A stretch of DNA of 64,000 bases from Eledone cirrhosa (GCA_964016885.1 OZ024745.1:107446001-107510000); one strand, 5' to 3'. Counted from the first letter of the stretch, positions 30,001-43,815 are shown. The notes: generated by a model not told the origin, from the letters alone. Numbers and translations: made by a program.

Positions 30001-30468
30001 TGGGACATGCTCCCACATAGTCCCATTGTGCATCTAAGATACCATTCCATTCCTCCACTAAAAGTAAGGAGCGAGACGTTCCCAGAAAAGACTCTAGACG
30101 CTTGAAGAAGTCTGGCCGTGATTGCGATTGCCTGATCGGAGCATAAACGGCCACCAGTCTGAAGGCTCCACCTCCAATACTGTTCACGTCTAGGACTACC
30201 AGTCTACCCTCCGGGTCCAAGTGTACTTGCTGTACAGGTTCTTCCGAAACATGACAGCCACTCCCCCTCCACCTCCTAGCTGACAGAGAGATGCGTAGAT
30301 CTCAAAGACGTGGAAGATGGGAGTTAGTTGCTGCCTGTTGTGGATCCTGGACTCGGTGATGGCTATCACATCCATACCCTGTGACCTAAGGTCGTTTAAA
30401 AGTTGGCCCTGTTTCCAGGGCATCCCTAGGCCACGTACATTCACGCTTCCAACTCGTAAACTAGCCAT
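27050..30468 (-). pseudogene. Tx1/L1 ORF2 (APE endonuclease + reverse transcriptase), several frameshifts and stops
   Basis: MASLRVGSVNVRGL start at 30468; DPEGRLVVLD, VAVYAP, YSDHK; RT motifs INLDQSKA and AYADDVTV; GGLG motif in the C-terminal part. Confidence 0.9.
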
Positions 30469-30510
30469 GTTGGTGAAGAAGAGTTGGAGAAAAAGGACGA
30501 AAAGGTGCAC

Positions 30511-32370
30511 TTACCTTTTCGTTTCCTGGAGATCGGGTTGTTCAATCTCCATTTGGATGCTGGAGGGGGTGTTGGGTGGGGTAGGAAAACATTTTAACAG
30601 GACGCGGTTGATGAGTTTCTGGCAGGGGTTGCCCACGTCCTGCGAAAATTTATTTTTCAGGTCACTATAGATCTCCATAGAAACCCTTATAAGTTTAAGG
30701 TGTGGAGACGATTCTGCTTTGACAACAGTGTTGCCCTCCGTCTCCACCTTGGGGTTTGGGGAAATGACCTCCATCTAACTCTTGTTGTTTGTGTTGATGT
30801 ATGCGTATTGTTGTTTATGTTTTTGTTGTGTTGTTTTAGTTTGTTGTTCGTCCGGGATTTTTCTTTTTATGGTGGGTGCTTGTGTTTGGGGTGGTGTTGG
30901 TGTTGGTTTTGCTGGTAGGGGGATGTTTGACTGTGGTGTTGTTTGTGTTGTTGTTTGTGGCTCTGGTTGTGTGTTGGTGTTGGTGATTGGAGTTTTGGAG
31001 GTTTTGTGGTGTCTCTTCTTTTGTTTTTTGGATTTCCGAGGCTCTCTTTCTTCTTCACTTAAAGAAGGAGAAGCTGTTTGTTTTGGTGTGTTTGCTTATT
31101 TCGTGAGTTGTTGTTGTGGTGGTGGTTTTTTGGTGTTGGTAACAGTGTTTTCTTTTGTATTGTTTTGTTTGAGCGTGTTTGTAAAGGGCCGGAGGCCTTT
31201 AGGTGTGTGGTGCTATTGCAACGAAAGCAATGTGGTTTTGTTCCCTCAACCGAAATGTTTATGTGGCTGTTGTTGTCCACCAGCACTTTTTCTGGTATTT
31301 TGGAGATTCTTTCCGGGCTCATTTGCACCAGAATCTCCAAATTTGTACCAGACAAGGTGTGTCTGGTTGACTTTTTGATGGAGAGAATGGTGTCATTTCT
31401 CTCTTCTAAAAATCCTGCCAATATCCACCAAATATTAATATTTGGTGGTATGTTTGAAACTCTAATTTTTTGTGCCCTTTTTCACAGGTATGTAGGAAAA
31501 AAGGTGTATTTTTGTGACAGTATTGGCGTCACTGAGTATCTTTGTGCAAGGGCCTCGCTTTTGAGGAGTACCGAAATACTCCCGTACTGTTTGGCCCTCT
31601 GCATAAAGTCAATGTCTGGCAATATATTTATTAAGGTTACCTCAATTTCCCCTTGACTGAGGAATGCTGTTTTTTTTTGTTTCATTTGAAACACTTCTGA
31701 AGGTGATTGTCCTTCGAAATGTTTCCAGACGAATTTCTGGGGGTGAGTTTATCTGAAACCCCCCGTTTTCACCGAAAGTGATAAACTTCTTTGCTTCAGA
31801 GAGCATCTGTTTCGCATTGGAGATATCGGGATCCGTGAAATCTTGTGTCTTGGTGACTGTTTGCGCAAAAGTTTTTTTGGTGCTGTTGTTGTTGTTATTG
31901 CTGTTGTGGTTGCCGGGTTTTCCGTTTGTAGTTGTGTCAATGATTATATTTTCTGTTGTTTTGTTCCGTCTGTTGTACTATGTGTAGTTCGATCTTGTTT
32001 TTATTTTTGTTGTTCATATTGGTTTCCATGGTGACGCCAAAACATGCGGAGTTAGAAGTAACGTTATTATTATTATTTGTGACTGTTTCTGAATAAGTTA
32101 TTTTGTTGTTGTTGTTGTTGTTGTTGTTGTGGTTGTGGGGTTTTCCGTTTGTAGTTGTGTCAATTGTTTTTTTTTTGTTGATTTTAGTGTGTGTCGTGTA
32201 CTGTGTGGTTCACTGTGCGATTCAATTTTGTTCGTGTTGTCTACTTCACTTTCGTTACACAAAACTTTGTTAACTATCTCGATACAGGCAGAATATTTAG
32301 AAACGTTAAAGTCTAGGTCTTTTCTTTTTCCTTCTTCAACGTTCGCTAGCGTTCCTTGAACGCTTGCCAT
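30511..32370 (-). pseudogene. Tx1/L1 ORF1 (gag-like nucleic-acid-binding protein), frameshifted
   Basis: Chain of ORFs 32098-32370, 31749-31940, 31482-31694, 31059-31421, 30867-31058 and 30511-30774. Degenerate CCHC knuckle and Q/T/K-rich low-complexity tail, directly upstream of ORF2. Confidence 0.7.
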
Positions 32371-32616
32371 AGCTTATGGCAAAATATTAAAAATATTTAA
32401 ACAGTTTTCAAGTTAATTTCAAATTAAATGTTCGCCCCTTTGGGGGCGAAAAATAAGATTGCCACCCAGCTGACAATTCAGCCTGGGGGTTAATCTGCAA
32501 AACAATGTGTTTTGTTAAACAAGAATTTCTGTTTTTTGTAAATAAATTGACAGAAACTTACCAGCAAAAATTGTGTGCGTCCAGCTACCAAGAGAGATAA
32601 ATAGATAGATAAATAA

Positions 32617-32673
<57 letters not shown>

Positions 32674-32691
32674 CAGATAGATAGATAGATA

Positions 32692-33185
32692 TATTTCTTT
32701 ATTAGCCACAGGGGCACAAAAGAAGGGGACAAATACAAAGGGGGAAGTTTACATACAATAAAAACGTGTAAAATGTTATCACAGATGGAATTTAAAAGTT
32801 AGTCGATTTTCCCCAATAGAGGGAGACAGTTTATATGGGTAACACATACCCCCGAAAAAAATGTGCAACCCTCATCTCCAGGAGTACGAAGAGCTTATAC
32901 TCCTTTCCTCTCCTCCTCCTTTTTCTCAACCTACAGGCTGATATAGAGAGAAGGCCCATTCACTCGGGCCATTCTCGCCACTTTCACCCACCTTTCATAA
33001 ACCTTGCTGGGGTACAGCAGCTCTCTCTCCATCCTGATTCTTCTTCCAAAGTGGTATTTGAAAAAAAGAATCAGTTGTTGGCCGGAGAGAAAGGTGTCTG
33101 ACCTCAGCCCTTTCAACCTTATCCACCATACAACCTCTTTAGCCATAGCTATCACACAAAGGAAAACTGCCTCTCCTTCGTTTTT

Positions 33186-33186
<1 letters not shown>
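32692..33186 (-). mobile_element. 5'-truncated 3' end of a related Tx1/L1 element embedded in (GATA)n
   Basis: Similar to 26790-27285 (GGCCCA.TCACTCGGGCCATT, CCGGAGAGAAAGG). AATAAA near its 3' end; (GATA)n on both sides. Confidence 0.85.
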
Positions 33187-33276
<90 letters not shown>

Positions 33277-33382
33277 GTATTTACATTTGTATTGTGTAAA
33301 TTCATGTGTATTTATATGTGTATGTATGTATATGTTTATGTATACTGTGATAAATAAATAAATGAATGAATGAATAGAAAAA

Positions 33383-33416
<34 letters not shown>

Positions 33417-33821
33417 GGAGAGAGAGAAGGGCAGAGAGAGAGAGAGTTAAATGAGCAAGAGAAGCTACATATATATACATATATATGTGGATAATGGAAA
33501 TAATTGTTACTATAGAAAAAAGACGACGACGACGACGACGACGAAGAAGAAGAAGAAGAAGAAGAAGAAGAAGAAGAAGAAGAAGAAGAAGAAGAAGCGA
33601 TAAGGGCATGGAATATGTGGAAGATGTGATGAGGTGTAGTCCCTTGGCTGAAGTCAATGCGGCCAGTAATTATGACCATCTTAAGATAATCTCTTTAGTC
33701 GTCGAGAAAATACAGCTTAGAGAGAAATTCCCAGTCTCTCGCGCTTTCTAAATACTATTATATTTGTGCTACATGTATAGGTAAGCCTGTGTACAGAATA
33801 TATACACACACAGTTAGGTAC

Positions 33822-33896
<75 letters not shown>

Positions 33897-34075
33897 GAAA
33901 TACGTCCCTTCACGCACAAGGCGCCAAGGTACGCATGTATTGTCCAACCAAGTGCCAATGTGGTTCAATGGCGGGTTAATAAATTAACGAGCCAGAACAA
34001 ATATAAACAAGGTTTAGTAAATAATGAAAAAGTTTCAAAATAAATTTTAAAAAATTGACTTTACCTACTATAGTT

Positions 34076-34159
34076 ACCTTTACCGATCGGTTTCGAATAC
34101 CAAAAATAAAACGGAGACCATACGGCCTTCGTTGCAAAGAGAGATTCTCGTCAGAAGGT
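34076..34159 (-). ncRNA. Hammerhead ribozyme (family C), left arm
   Basis: Minus: ACCTT CTGACGA GAAT..ATTC GAAAC CGATCG GTA AAGGT. Confidence 0.8.
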
Positions 34160-34386
34160 TCTTTTCATTCAAAGAATATAAAATTCCTGAATTTAAATAA
34201 CAAACTAGCGCTATCAAAAACTGTTCCTGGGATGAGAGTGGGTGATGTAGAACAGGTTTATCAAGGGCCGTAGCAAAGATAGAGGCAAACGGAGGTAGGT
34301 CAAACTAGCCACCGCTGTTGCCAGCAGCAGTCGGAATGACCCGCTTTGTTCTCAACGTTAGTGGAGGTAGTAGTAATATGAAATAC

Positions 34387-34470
34387 GTCTTCTGACGAGA
34401 ATCTCTCTTTGCAACGAAGGCCGTATGGTCTCCGTTTTATTTTTGGGATTCGAAACCGATCGGTAAAGGT
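34387..34470 (+). ncRNA. Hammerhead ribozyme (family C), right arm
   Basis: GTCTT CTGACGA GAATCTC..GGGATTC GAAAC CGATCG GTA AAGGT. Confidence 0.8.
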
Positions 34471-34535
34471 AACTATAGTAGGTAAAGTCAATTTTTTAAA
34501 ATTTATTTTGAAACTTTTTCATTATTTACTAAACC

Positions 34536-34578
<43 letters not shown>

Positions 34579-34597
34579 CATATATATATATATATAA

Positions 34598-34663
<66 letters not shown>

Positions 34664-34691
34664 AATACCTATATATATATATATATATATA

Positions 34692-35285
34692 TGGTGGCTG
34701 CCAAGTCGTTTTCGAGTACGGCCACTACTTTATATCCATGTAGGAGAACTCCTACCGATGCGCTGAACGAGTGTGACTTTTTAGTTCAACCAGCGACTTG
34801 AAAACTCTGGTACAAACACTACACTTGTGACAATTATTGACACTTAGTGCTGGGCCCATGGTACCATGTGACGATAAGTGCAGAGAGATCTCCAGATATA
34901 AAGCAATGCCTGTGCCGTGAAGCTTTTATAGTGAGCAAAGGCCCACTCTCTTAACCAAGATGATATTTACCAAAAAGAAGAACATGTCAACATCATTGGA
35001 TACCATCGGAGTTGCAGGTGTTATATCAGAGTTTTCCTTCTCCTAGAATTCTGCCTTGACAAAAGCTAACGGGTCATCTCTCCCGGTGATTTTGGATGGC
35101 CATTGACTCTTAAGAGATCCTTTGCCCTTTGACAGGTTTTATTTTTAGTCCTGCAGGATGTCCAAAGTCACTCTCCTCACCAAGAAACCTTGGTGGGGTT
35201 GCCAGTTTAGTCGCCAACGACCCGACCACGAGACAGGTTGTACTGGGATACATGTTACCAGTAGCACCAACTGGTGACCTGACAT
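34692..35285 (-). mobile_element. Short non-autonomous RTE-derived (bipartite 5'+3') element
   Basis: 3' part encodes [16 protein letters not shown] (RTE-type terminal zinc finger); 5' part has CTAGGAGAAGGAAAACTCTGA resembling an RTE 5'UTR; no RT in between; lies in (TA)n. Confidence 0.6.
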
Positions 35286-35387
35286 AATATATATATATAT
35301 ATAAATACATACATAAATATATATATATATAAAACTATATATAGTAATAATAATCTGTTATCTTAATAAATATATGTATATATATAT

Positions 35388-35477
<90 letters not shown>

Positions 35478-38358
35478 TCTATATATATAAATCTGAGGAT
35501 GTGTGTGGTAAGGTTTATAACGGATTCACGTCCACAATTTCCAACGGATTCTATTCAAAGTCGGGACAATTATTGCTTTTGGTCAGGAAAAGATCATGAT
35601 GCAAAAAAATGTCAAATCCATCAACAATAAGGGCAAAAATCAATCATGATCCTTCCCCCTCTCTATAATTTAACTGCTTTACTCTCTCTGTCGCTCTTCA
35701 CTCCCTATATCACAACACTGCAGTGGAGCGTTCCGTATTGAGCATTCCGTATTGATATACGACTTATCTGGGGCATTTTCAATCGGCTTATTGCAAATAA
35801 CAACCCGCAACATAACACTTCATATAACAGATTAATGTTATAGACATACGAATCGGAATGTAACCCGTGAACTTTTTCCTGGGCAAAATTATTCGAGCCA
35901 GACATGACCTCATTGCCAGAGTGTTCAGACTGAAACTGGCTAAACTCATGGCTTTAATCAAAAAGGGTCAGGTATTTGTGGCTGTAAAACCGCCGCCAAG
36001 TTGGCCGCTGATCCGAAAGAGACCACTCTGACGGGTTTCTTCAAACTTTGCCAGTTCGATACATTTGCGCAAACAATTGTGTACCCCCAGGTTCCACCTT
36101 ACTTTATGTGGTTGAAAAACATGTGGGTGCGAAGAAAGTCAGGCCAGGCTGTTAAAAGACATCATGGTGTTACATTTGACAGCTGTCTTGGAAGGGTTTA
36201 CACTGTTCCCCCAAGTCAGCATGACTGTTTTCATCTCCGCCTTCTTCTGCATGAAGTTGTAGGCCCACAAAGTTTTCAGGACTTCAAAACTGTTGATGGA
36301 GAAATATGTGATACGTACCGGCAAGCCTGCTTTAAGCGTGGTATTTTGAAAGATGATTCGCAGAGCGTGCTTTGTTGAAATCACCTAAAGGTCTACAGGA
36401 ACTCTTTGCCATTTTGCTTCAAAAGTGTGAATTGGGTGATCCTATATCTTTATGGGTCAAGTACAGAGACTTCATGTCTTAGGACTTCCTGCGCCTGCCT
36501 CATCTGTAGTATCCTTCAGTGGAAGTTGGTTACAGCGACATTATCCAACAGGGCACTCATATCGAGGACGCCCTCCTCGACATGGGTGGGAGTGAGTTGG
36601 CGACGTATGAGAGGAAACTAACACGTTGGCCCCGGATTTGTTGCGGGAAACAGCATATGACATCGAATCTCTTTCCCAATACTTAGAGGAAAATGAGCCC
36701 AAACTTCTGTCGGACCAAAGGTTGGCCTACTTAACTATCATTGACACGGTTCAAAATCAGACTTGGGGTATTTACTTTATCGATGCTCCTGGGGGTACCG
36801 GAAAAACTTTTGTAACGAAATTGATTCTCGCTAAGATTCGTCAGGAGAGAAAAAATTGCGTTGGCCGTTCCATCGCCCGGGATCGCTGCTACTTTGCAGC
36901 CGGGAGGCAGGACAGCACATTCAACCTTTAAACTCACCTTGGGTTTAGTAAAAACTGAGACACCAACATGCAATATTAGCAAGAGTTCACACGAAGCTCT
37001 GGTTCTCAAAAAATTGTTGCCTCATTGTTTGAGATGAGTGCACAATGGCACATAAGGGTGCTCTTGAGGCATTGGACAGGACCCTGAAAGACATTAGGGA
37101 TTCTACGGTTCCTATGGGTGGCGTAAACCTTCTGCAATCAGGGGATTTTCGGCAAATGCTGCCTGTCATCCCCAAAGGGACAAGAGCTGATGAAGTGCGT
37201 GCCTGCCTTAAATCGTCCATGTTGTGGCTCCAGGTGAGGAGTTTGTACCTGAGCACAAATATGCGTACTCATTTGCATGGTGACAACATGTCTGCAGAAT
37301 TTGCTCAGAATATTTTAGCACAAGGTCCCTGCGGATGACAAGGGCGGCATAGCAATCGACTCAATGAGCAAAATTGTGAGCAGCCCTTCTGACCTTTGGG
37401 AAGCAGTTTTTCCTAATGTCTCATCTAACTTTAAAAACCTCGATTGGCTCAGCGAAAGAGCCATCCTTGTTCCGAAAAATACCATGGTTAATTTTATTAA
37501 CGAGCAGCTGATTGAGAAGATTCCCGGTAAAGAGCACATCTTTAAATCTATCGACCGGACATCAGACCCCAACGATATCGTTAATTATCCGGTTGAGTTA
37601 TTAAATTCCCTTGAGTCCCCAGGGCTCCCACATCACATTCTTAAGCTTAGGGTTGGCTGTCCCATTATGCTAATAAGGAACTTGCGTCCACCAAAGCAGT
37701 GCAACGGTACTCGCATGGTCGTCAAGTCAGTGACGCCCCACTTGATTGAGGCCACCATTGTAACGGGGTGCGGGAGAGGAGAGAATGTTTTCATTCCAAG
37801 GATGAACCTTTTCCCCTCGGCGTCAGATATCCCGTTCGATTTCCGGCGATCCCAATTCCCGGTGAGACCATGTTTTGCCATGTCCATTAACAAGTCACAA
37901 AGGCAAACATTGTCGGTGGCGGGCATCCATTTGGGGGAGCCATGCTTCTCCCATGGCCAACTTTATGTTGCCTATTCCCGCGTAGGGAGCAGGAATGGAC
38001 TTTTTGCTTACACTCCAAAATATCGTCTACAAAGAGGTGCTATAGATGTTGGTGCAGGTGTTGGAGGTGTTGGAGCTATGCCGTCTGGAAAACTATTTCC
38101 TGGTAGGGTCACCCATGGCGGCAAGATCTGACACCCAGCGGCATCAGGGCCACCATCTTGCACTACTAAATTCGCTACTGGAAGATTATTAACCCATCAT
38201 TGATTGTCCAAAATGCTAATTGGTTCGTAACTTTCAATAACCGGTTCAACTGCTTTATGCACTTTATTGATAAGTTATTCGGTTTCAAGCCACATTTACC
38301 TGTATGTAACTTTTCATAGCAAATGAACAAACCCGAGCAACGCCGGGCTAAACTGCTA

Positions 38359-38359
<1 letters not shown>
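35478..38359 (+). mobile_element. Helitron, internally deleted and degenerate
   Basis: 5' TC at 35478 after A; 3' hairpin CCCGAGCAACGCCGGG followed by CTAG (38356-38359) then T; Rep/helicase coding remnants inside. Confidence 0.9.
35890..38040 (+). pseudogene. Helitron Rep-helicase (Pif1-like SF1 helicase), frameshifted
   Basis: Motifs LRLLLHEVVGPQSF, DAPGGTGKTF (Walker A), GDFRQMLPV, CNGTR, QFPVRPCFAMSINKSQ, FSHGQLYVAYSRV. Confidence 0.92.
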
Positions 38360-38408
<49 letters not shown>

Positions 38409-38409
<1 letters not shown>

Positions 38410-39058
38410 TGTAATGCGAAGAAATACCTATGATGGTTAGTAGACCACTGATGATGGATTGTGCTGGCTTCTATTTCTAATTCTTTATTACATATATCAT
38501 ATTTGCAACAACACACCTGGCCATTTTTCATTCATATATGCTTCCCCCTTCGCTGTGACCTGTATTTTTCTCTTCCCTTACTGCTATCCTCTTTCTCTCT
38601 CCCCCTTCTCTCTCCTTCTCCCTCTTACTTTCACTCACCCGCTCTGTTAGTCACCCTCTCTCAGCTACCCTCTTCCTCACACTTTCACTCACTCACTCTC
38701 TGCTACTCACCCTCTCTCTCACTTCCTCCATCGCCCCACACCTTTGCCTTCTCGTCAATATTCGCACGTTCTTATGTTCAAAATGAATCATTGACTTGAT
38801 TTTCTCATTTTTTCCTCTCTTTACGTTGCCTCACCATTCGTGTTTGTTTACCTGTCACTCTTTCTCCACCCAACTCTTTTTATCCCAATAACTTAATTTA
38901 GTTATTGTATTGCCCTAGCCGGAGGTATATGGTCTGTAATGCGAAGAAATACCTATGATGGCTAGTAGAGCACTGATGATGGATAGTCCTGGCTTCTATT
39001 TCTAATTCTTTATTATATATATCATATTTGCAACAACACAGCTCACCATTTTTCATTT
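38409..39058. repeat. Direct repeat of about 125 bp (period about 525 bp) in (TA)n
   Basis: TGTAATGCGAAGAAATACCTATGATGG.. at 38410 and 38935. Confidence 0.85.
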
Positions 39059-39061
39059 ATA

Positions 39062-39118
<57 letters not shown>

Positions 39119-39159
39119 AAATAAAGATCCGAAGGCATGGTATACATTTCCAATCATTT

Positions 39160-39239
39160 TAATCGCGACACATGTTTCAATAAGGGGTAGATCGATCGTG
39201 TGGTCATGATCGAACATCACTGATCTCATCAGGTGAATA
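39160..39239 (-). ncRNA. Hammerhead ribozyme with imperfect stem I
   Basis: Minus: CTGATGA GAT..TCGATC/GATCGA..ATT GAAAC ATGT GTC. Confidence 0.6.
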
Positions 39240-40158
39240 ATGAAATGTCTTCAAATCTTTGATATGAGGGAGGAAAAACTAACGATGTTTACTCACTAGA
39301 GTATTGTTCTCCATATGAAGAATCAGCAGCCAAAACACGCCAACTGCTATCGTCTTCAGTCAGGGTCATAAATCTATCAAGTCTCTATCTCTCAATAGCT
39401 GTAAAAGACGCTGGACAGGTCTAATGTCAGCATCAGATCTGTAGAATGTTGGTCGGTCATAATTAGTATTAGTGAGTACACACACACTCACACACACCGA
39501 CGCGAGGTCAGAGAAAAAATATATATACACTAACACAGTATGCACCGAAAGTTAGGTTCCAAAACAACAAACGTTATATTGGTCAAATCTCAATTTTCAC
39601 GATGTAAATTAGAAAAAAATTGGGTCAACCACAACCCTATACAGACGCAAGTAAATTCCGTTCCACGTTCTGCTATACGTGTATCGATTGAATTGTAACA
39701 TCCGTATCGTCTAAATAGTGTATGTTTTGGCATATACACATCCATGTGAAGAGTAAGTAGTCAGCTCGTATCGAACTCTATATGTGCCGTTGTCCCGTTG
39801 AGGGTCTGAGTCCCCGAGTCTGTGCGTGCAAGCACCCGCCATGTAGGCCAACAAGGGGCTCCATGTAGGGTTGGGTATTTGAGTTAAGGTGTCAGTGTGT
39901 GCGTTTTCCCGTCATATGGGCCCTCGGGCCTTTAAGATAAGTATTTAAGTGGTGGAAGTGTGTTACCCAACACAAAATAAAATAAAATAACAAAATCCCG
40001 GGGATGTGTGTAAGCCCATTGAATATATATATAATCTGAGTTTTTCGAATATTAATAATAACATTCGATTCGTTTGCAATTATGCAAACAAGCCTCAATT
40101 TTATAGCCATGTCAATTCTATAGCCATGTCAGCTCTGACAGTTTGGCAGGTGAACAGT

Positions 40159-40208
40159 GAGCTGTACTGATGAAGGGTGATACTCAGAAACATTAGTGTC
40201 TGCAGTTC
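40159..40208 (+). ncRNA. Minimal hammerhead ribozyme between inverted arms
   Basis: GAGCTGTA CTGATGA a-GGGT gat ACTC-a GAAAC ATTAGT GTC TGCAGTTC. Confidence 0.8.
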
Positions 40209-40370
40209 TGTTCGCATGCCAACACAAGAGCAATAATGAAGGGTTCATTCTACTGAGATGGCTATAAAATTGAGTCTTGTTTACACAATTGCAAACGAAT
40301 CGAATGTTATTATTAATATTCGAAAAACTCAGATTACATTTATTGTATTCTGCCATGTAGAGCGAAATCT

Positions 40371-40443
<73 letters not shown>

Positions 40444-40449
40444 CATATA

Positions 40450-40481
<32 letters not shown>

Positions 40482-43400
40482 CTTATATATGTATACAAAC
40501 GCACGCATGCACACAGACACACACATATATTTTAAGAGAGTGGGGGAGAGCGAAAGAGAGAGAGAGAGAGAGAGAGAAGCCGAAAGAAATGATTGACATT
40601 CATTCCATCATTCTTTTAGATGCAATATGATGAATTCTCCATTAGTTTCAAGATGTCCATTCCGTTATCTAAACTATAATAAAGTAAGGAGCGCGGGACT
40701 GCGTACGGTTTATAATTTGTTTAATCCTATTAGTAAAATAAGTTGGATTACTTTGAATAAATAATGAATGAACATTACATAATTTATCTACTAAATTTCG
40801 TGGCTGTCCATTAAATATATTTTATTACTTATTCAAATATTCACTTCTTTAAAATTTTCAAATTTCAACACTTCCGGTTAGCGATCGCTTAGGTAAATAT
40901 GCATATATTTCTGTCACTAATTTTCTCCTAATGCAGTTTATATATAATATCGCCTTTTTTTAATGTATCAGGGATTATGTTACTGATTACATAAGAGAGT
41001 GTAACACAGTCTTTGTTCAATTTCTGTGTATATTGTCAATTACGATTTTATTTGATGTATCATATCTACAATGATATATACTTGCGTATAATATCAATAT
41101 ACACACTTCACACTGCGTATAATATCAATATATACCCTTCCGAAGGGTGGTTTTTCTGCTAGTTCATCTAACTGACCAACCTGTTTTTTTTACATATATT
41201 CATTCGTAGCTGAACATGCCATAGATATGAACACATTGGTTCATGCTAAATCAACATGACACATTACATGATAAAGCTTGACGGGTAGAATTACACGTAC
41301 AATCCATATTTTAGATGCTCGGTTTGTTAAATAAGAAAAATGTGGATAATTAGTGAAAATACATAGACATGTTTCATATTTATTAGACCTTGCTAGATAA
41401 GTATTTACAGCTCATTTGGAAAATCTAAGAATGATCAAATATATATATTGGGTCGTCAAGTATGAAATTTGAAGAAATTTCTTTTGTTTCTACAAATTTT
41501 TACAACTTTCATACTGACGACGCAATAGAAAAAAGTGTAATTCATTGAAAATAATTATGAATAACCATAATATGGCTGAACTAAAATATTTAGTAAAGTA
41601 TTTTGTATTTGTGTATTTTCTAAAACATATTTTATCGGATTTATCTCCTTTTCTAGTTTTATAAATAATTTAAAAAATCTAAGGAGCGGTTTTTGTCTAC
41701 GAATGCCATAGATAATCTTGTTTAATTAGTTTTTAAACTCACTATTTTTATATATGTTTATCACCGTTGCCCTCATCCTGATTTTCTTTAAATTCTCTGA
41801 ACATTTCAGTTTTTTGTTTCTTTATTCCTGTTTGTTTGTTGTTTTTTGTTGTTTTTTGTATATTTTCCTGTTTATAATTGCTCCCCTCTATACCCTGCCA
41901 TTGACGGGTCTTCCAAACACTCCTCTTAGCCTTGTATTTATTTCTCGCATTCTTTGCCTATTTCTTTCACTCTAGAATTTATTACATCTCCCTTGGCTCA
42001 TGAATTAATTAACAGTCAATATTTTCATTCCTCATTACCACTTGGCAATTTCCTCTTCTCTAATATAAAGTCGCTACATCCTAGTTATATATAAAGCTGT
42101 ATATAAAGTTATATATAAAGAGCTGTAAACATTTTCCACAGATTTCTTAAAATCCTCTAATCAAATGCTAATCTGAAAATAAATGTAACTATTATAACAG
42201 ATCTCTCCTAGAAGTTTCTGACATGCTTTACGCTAGGCAGCAGATATCAGAAATATATTTTGCACCAGAATATCTAAAGTGACGTAACTGATAAACAAAT
42301 TCTTATCTATCACTTTGTCGGATTTTTAAAATGCTAGCTATTAAAAGGAGATTGCAATTGAACATTGACTATTTATGATGAATTTTAGTATGCTTTCGAC
42401 ATGTTTCTCTGGAATATTTTAATTAGATTCCATTAACTATCTTCACACCGGCTGGATATTAATTGGCTCGTAGGGTCATCATGTTATCGGATGTAATTCC
42501 TTGGTATTCATTCCGGCTCTGATATCTTGGTATTCATGTGCTATTATTTCAAAGACAGTGATGGTCTTCATTCGAGGATTGATAAATCAAGTACCATGGA
42601 TTGGCCGAATTCTTAAAGAGTCGGAGGAGGTAAATTACGTTATTTGATTCGATCTTGTGAGTCCTGAGTTCAGATTCAACCTCGTTCAACCTGAAGGTGT
42701 GACACCGGTAGATAATATCGACAATTGATTCGTCTTGTTTTTTTTTTTCGGGGGGGGGGGGGGGTAATGCTTTTGTTATATATTACTAAAATACTTTAGT
42801 TGGGCTCCAGGAATAGTTTTCACAACATTTGGATATTAATTGGTTAGTGTCGTATTATCAACTTTAGTAAGCATGATCATGTATATCATTCACACAGCTG
42901 AAATATATCCAAACATAAGACCAGAAGCGAGTATTTTAAATGGAGTATCTTAATAGAGAACATGAAAGATATTATCAGTTATATAGAAATATGTTTGCTT
43001 CATTCACCTTGTAGGTTATAATCGCTTAATATTCAAAATCCCATGGCTGGTTGTCATATATATATCATGGATTTACGGCAATCTGTCAGTTGCAAAATCG
43101 ACTGAAGAAGCGAATAGTTAAAGAAATATTTAGATGTTTATCAAACTAGTAAATATACACGTACTTTCCTAATATTGGTATATTCGAGATTCATTCTTTC
43201 CGTTTATTCATTCCGAATTGACGTTGGTCCCAGCTCCAATTAATTTCTCGTTAGTGAACGAAAATCTCTACTAAACCAATTAAGATGTGCTTTCTGATTT
43301 AGTTGCCATACACACACACATACAAATATATATACACAGGCATATACAATATATATACACAAGCACAATAACAACAAACACATATAAACACACACTAGTA

Positions 43401-43770
43401 AACTTAGATAGAATACAATAACCAAAACAGTCACCCAAACGCGCACACACACCAAACACTATACACACACGCAAACGCATGCGCAGAGAAGAAGCCAAAA
43501 ATAAATAAATAAATAAACAGATAAAATAAAACAGGAGGAACATAATAGTACCACTGACGATGTTGCAACGAAAGAACTTTGTTAGAGTATATATATGTGT
43601 TTATGTCTATATTATATCTGTATTTTTGATAACATTGATAAACATTGAGGACCAAATGAATTAACTGTGGAGATATAAAAGATACAGAAGCGAAACCTAA
43701 CCAAACAGTTAGTGTGTTCTGTTATTAATTCTGGCAATATTATTACTACAATATGACCCTCCCCAAGTAT

Positions 43771-43815
<45 letters not shown>

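Larger units (their letters stand above)
26790..32596 (-). mobile_element. Near full-length, degenerate Tx1/L1-clade non-LTR retrotransposon (ORF1 + ORF2)
   Basis: Minus-strand ORF fragments give ORF1 (zinc-knuckle-like CFRCNSTTHLKAS), then APE endonuclease (GSVNVRGL, ITES, VYAP, SDHK) and RT (AYADDV, VKLLGVWF, LSLKGR). Flanked by GATA repeats at both ends. Confidence 0.9.

Noticed and set aside
35890-38131. Host PIF1 helicase gene
   Set aside because: Intronless, frameshifted and enclosed by Helitron termini.
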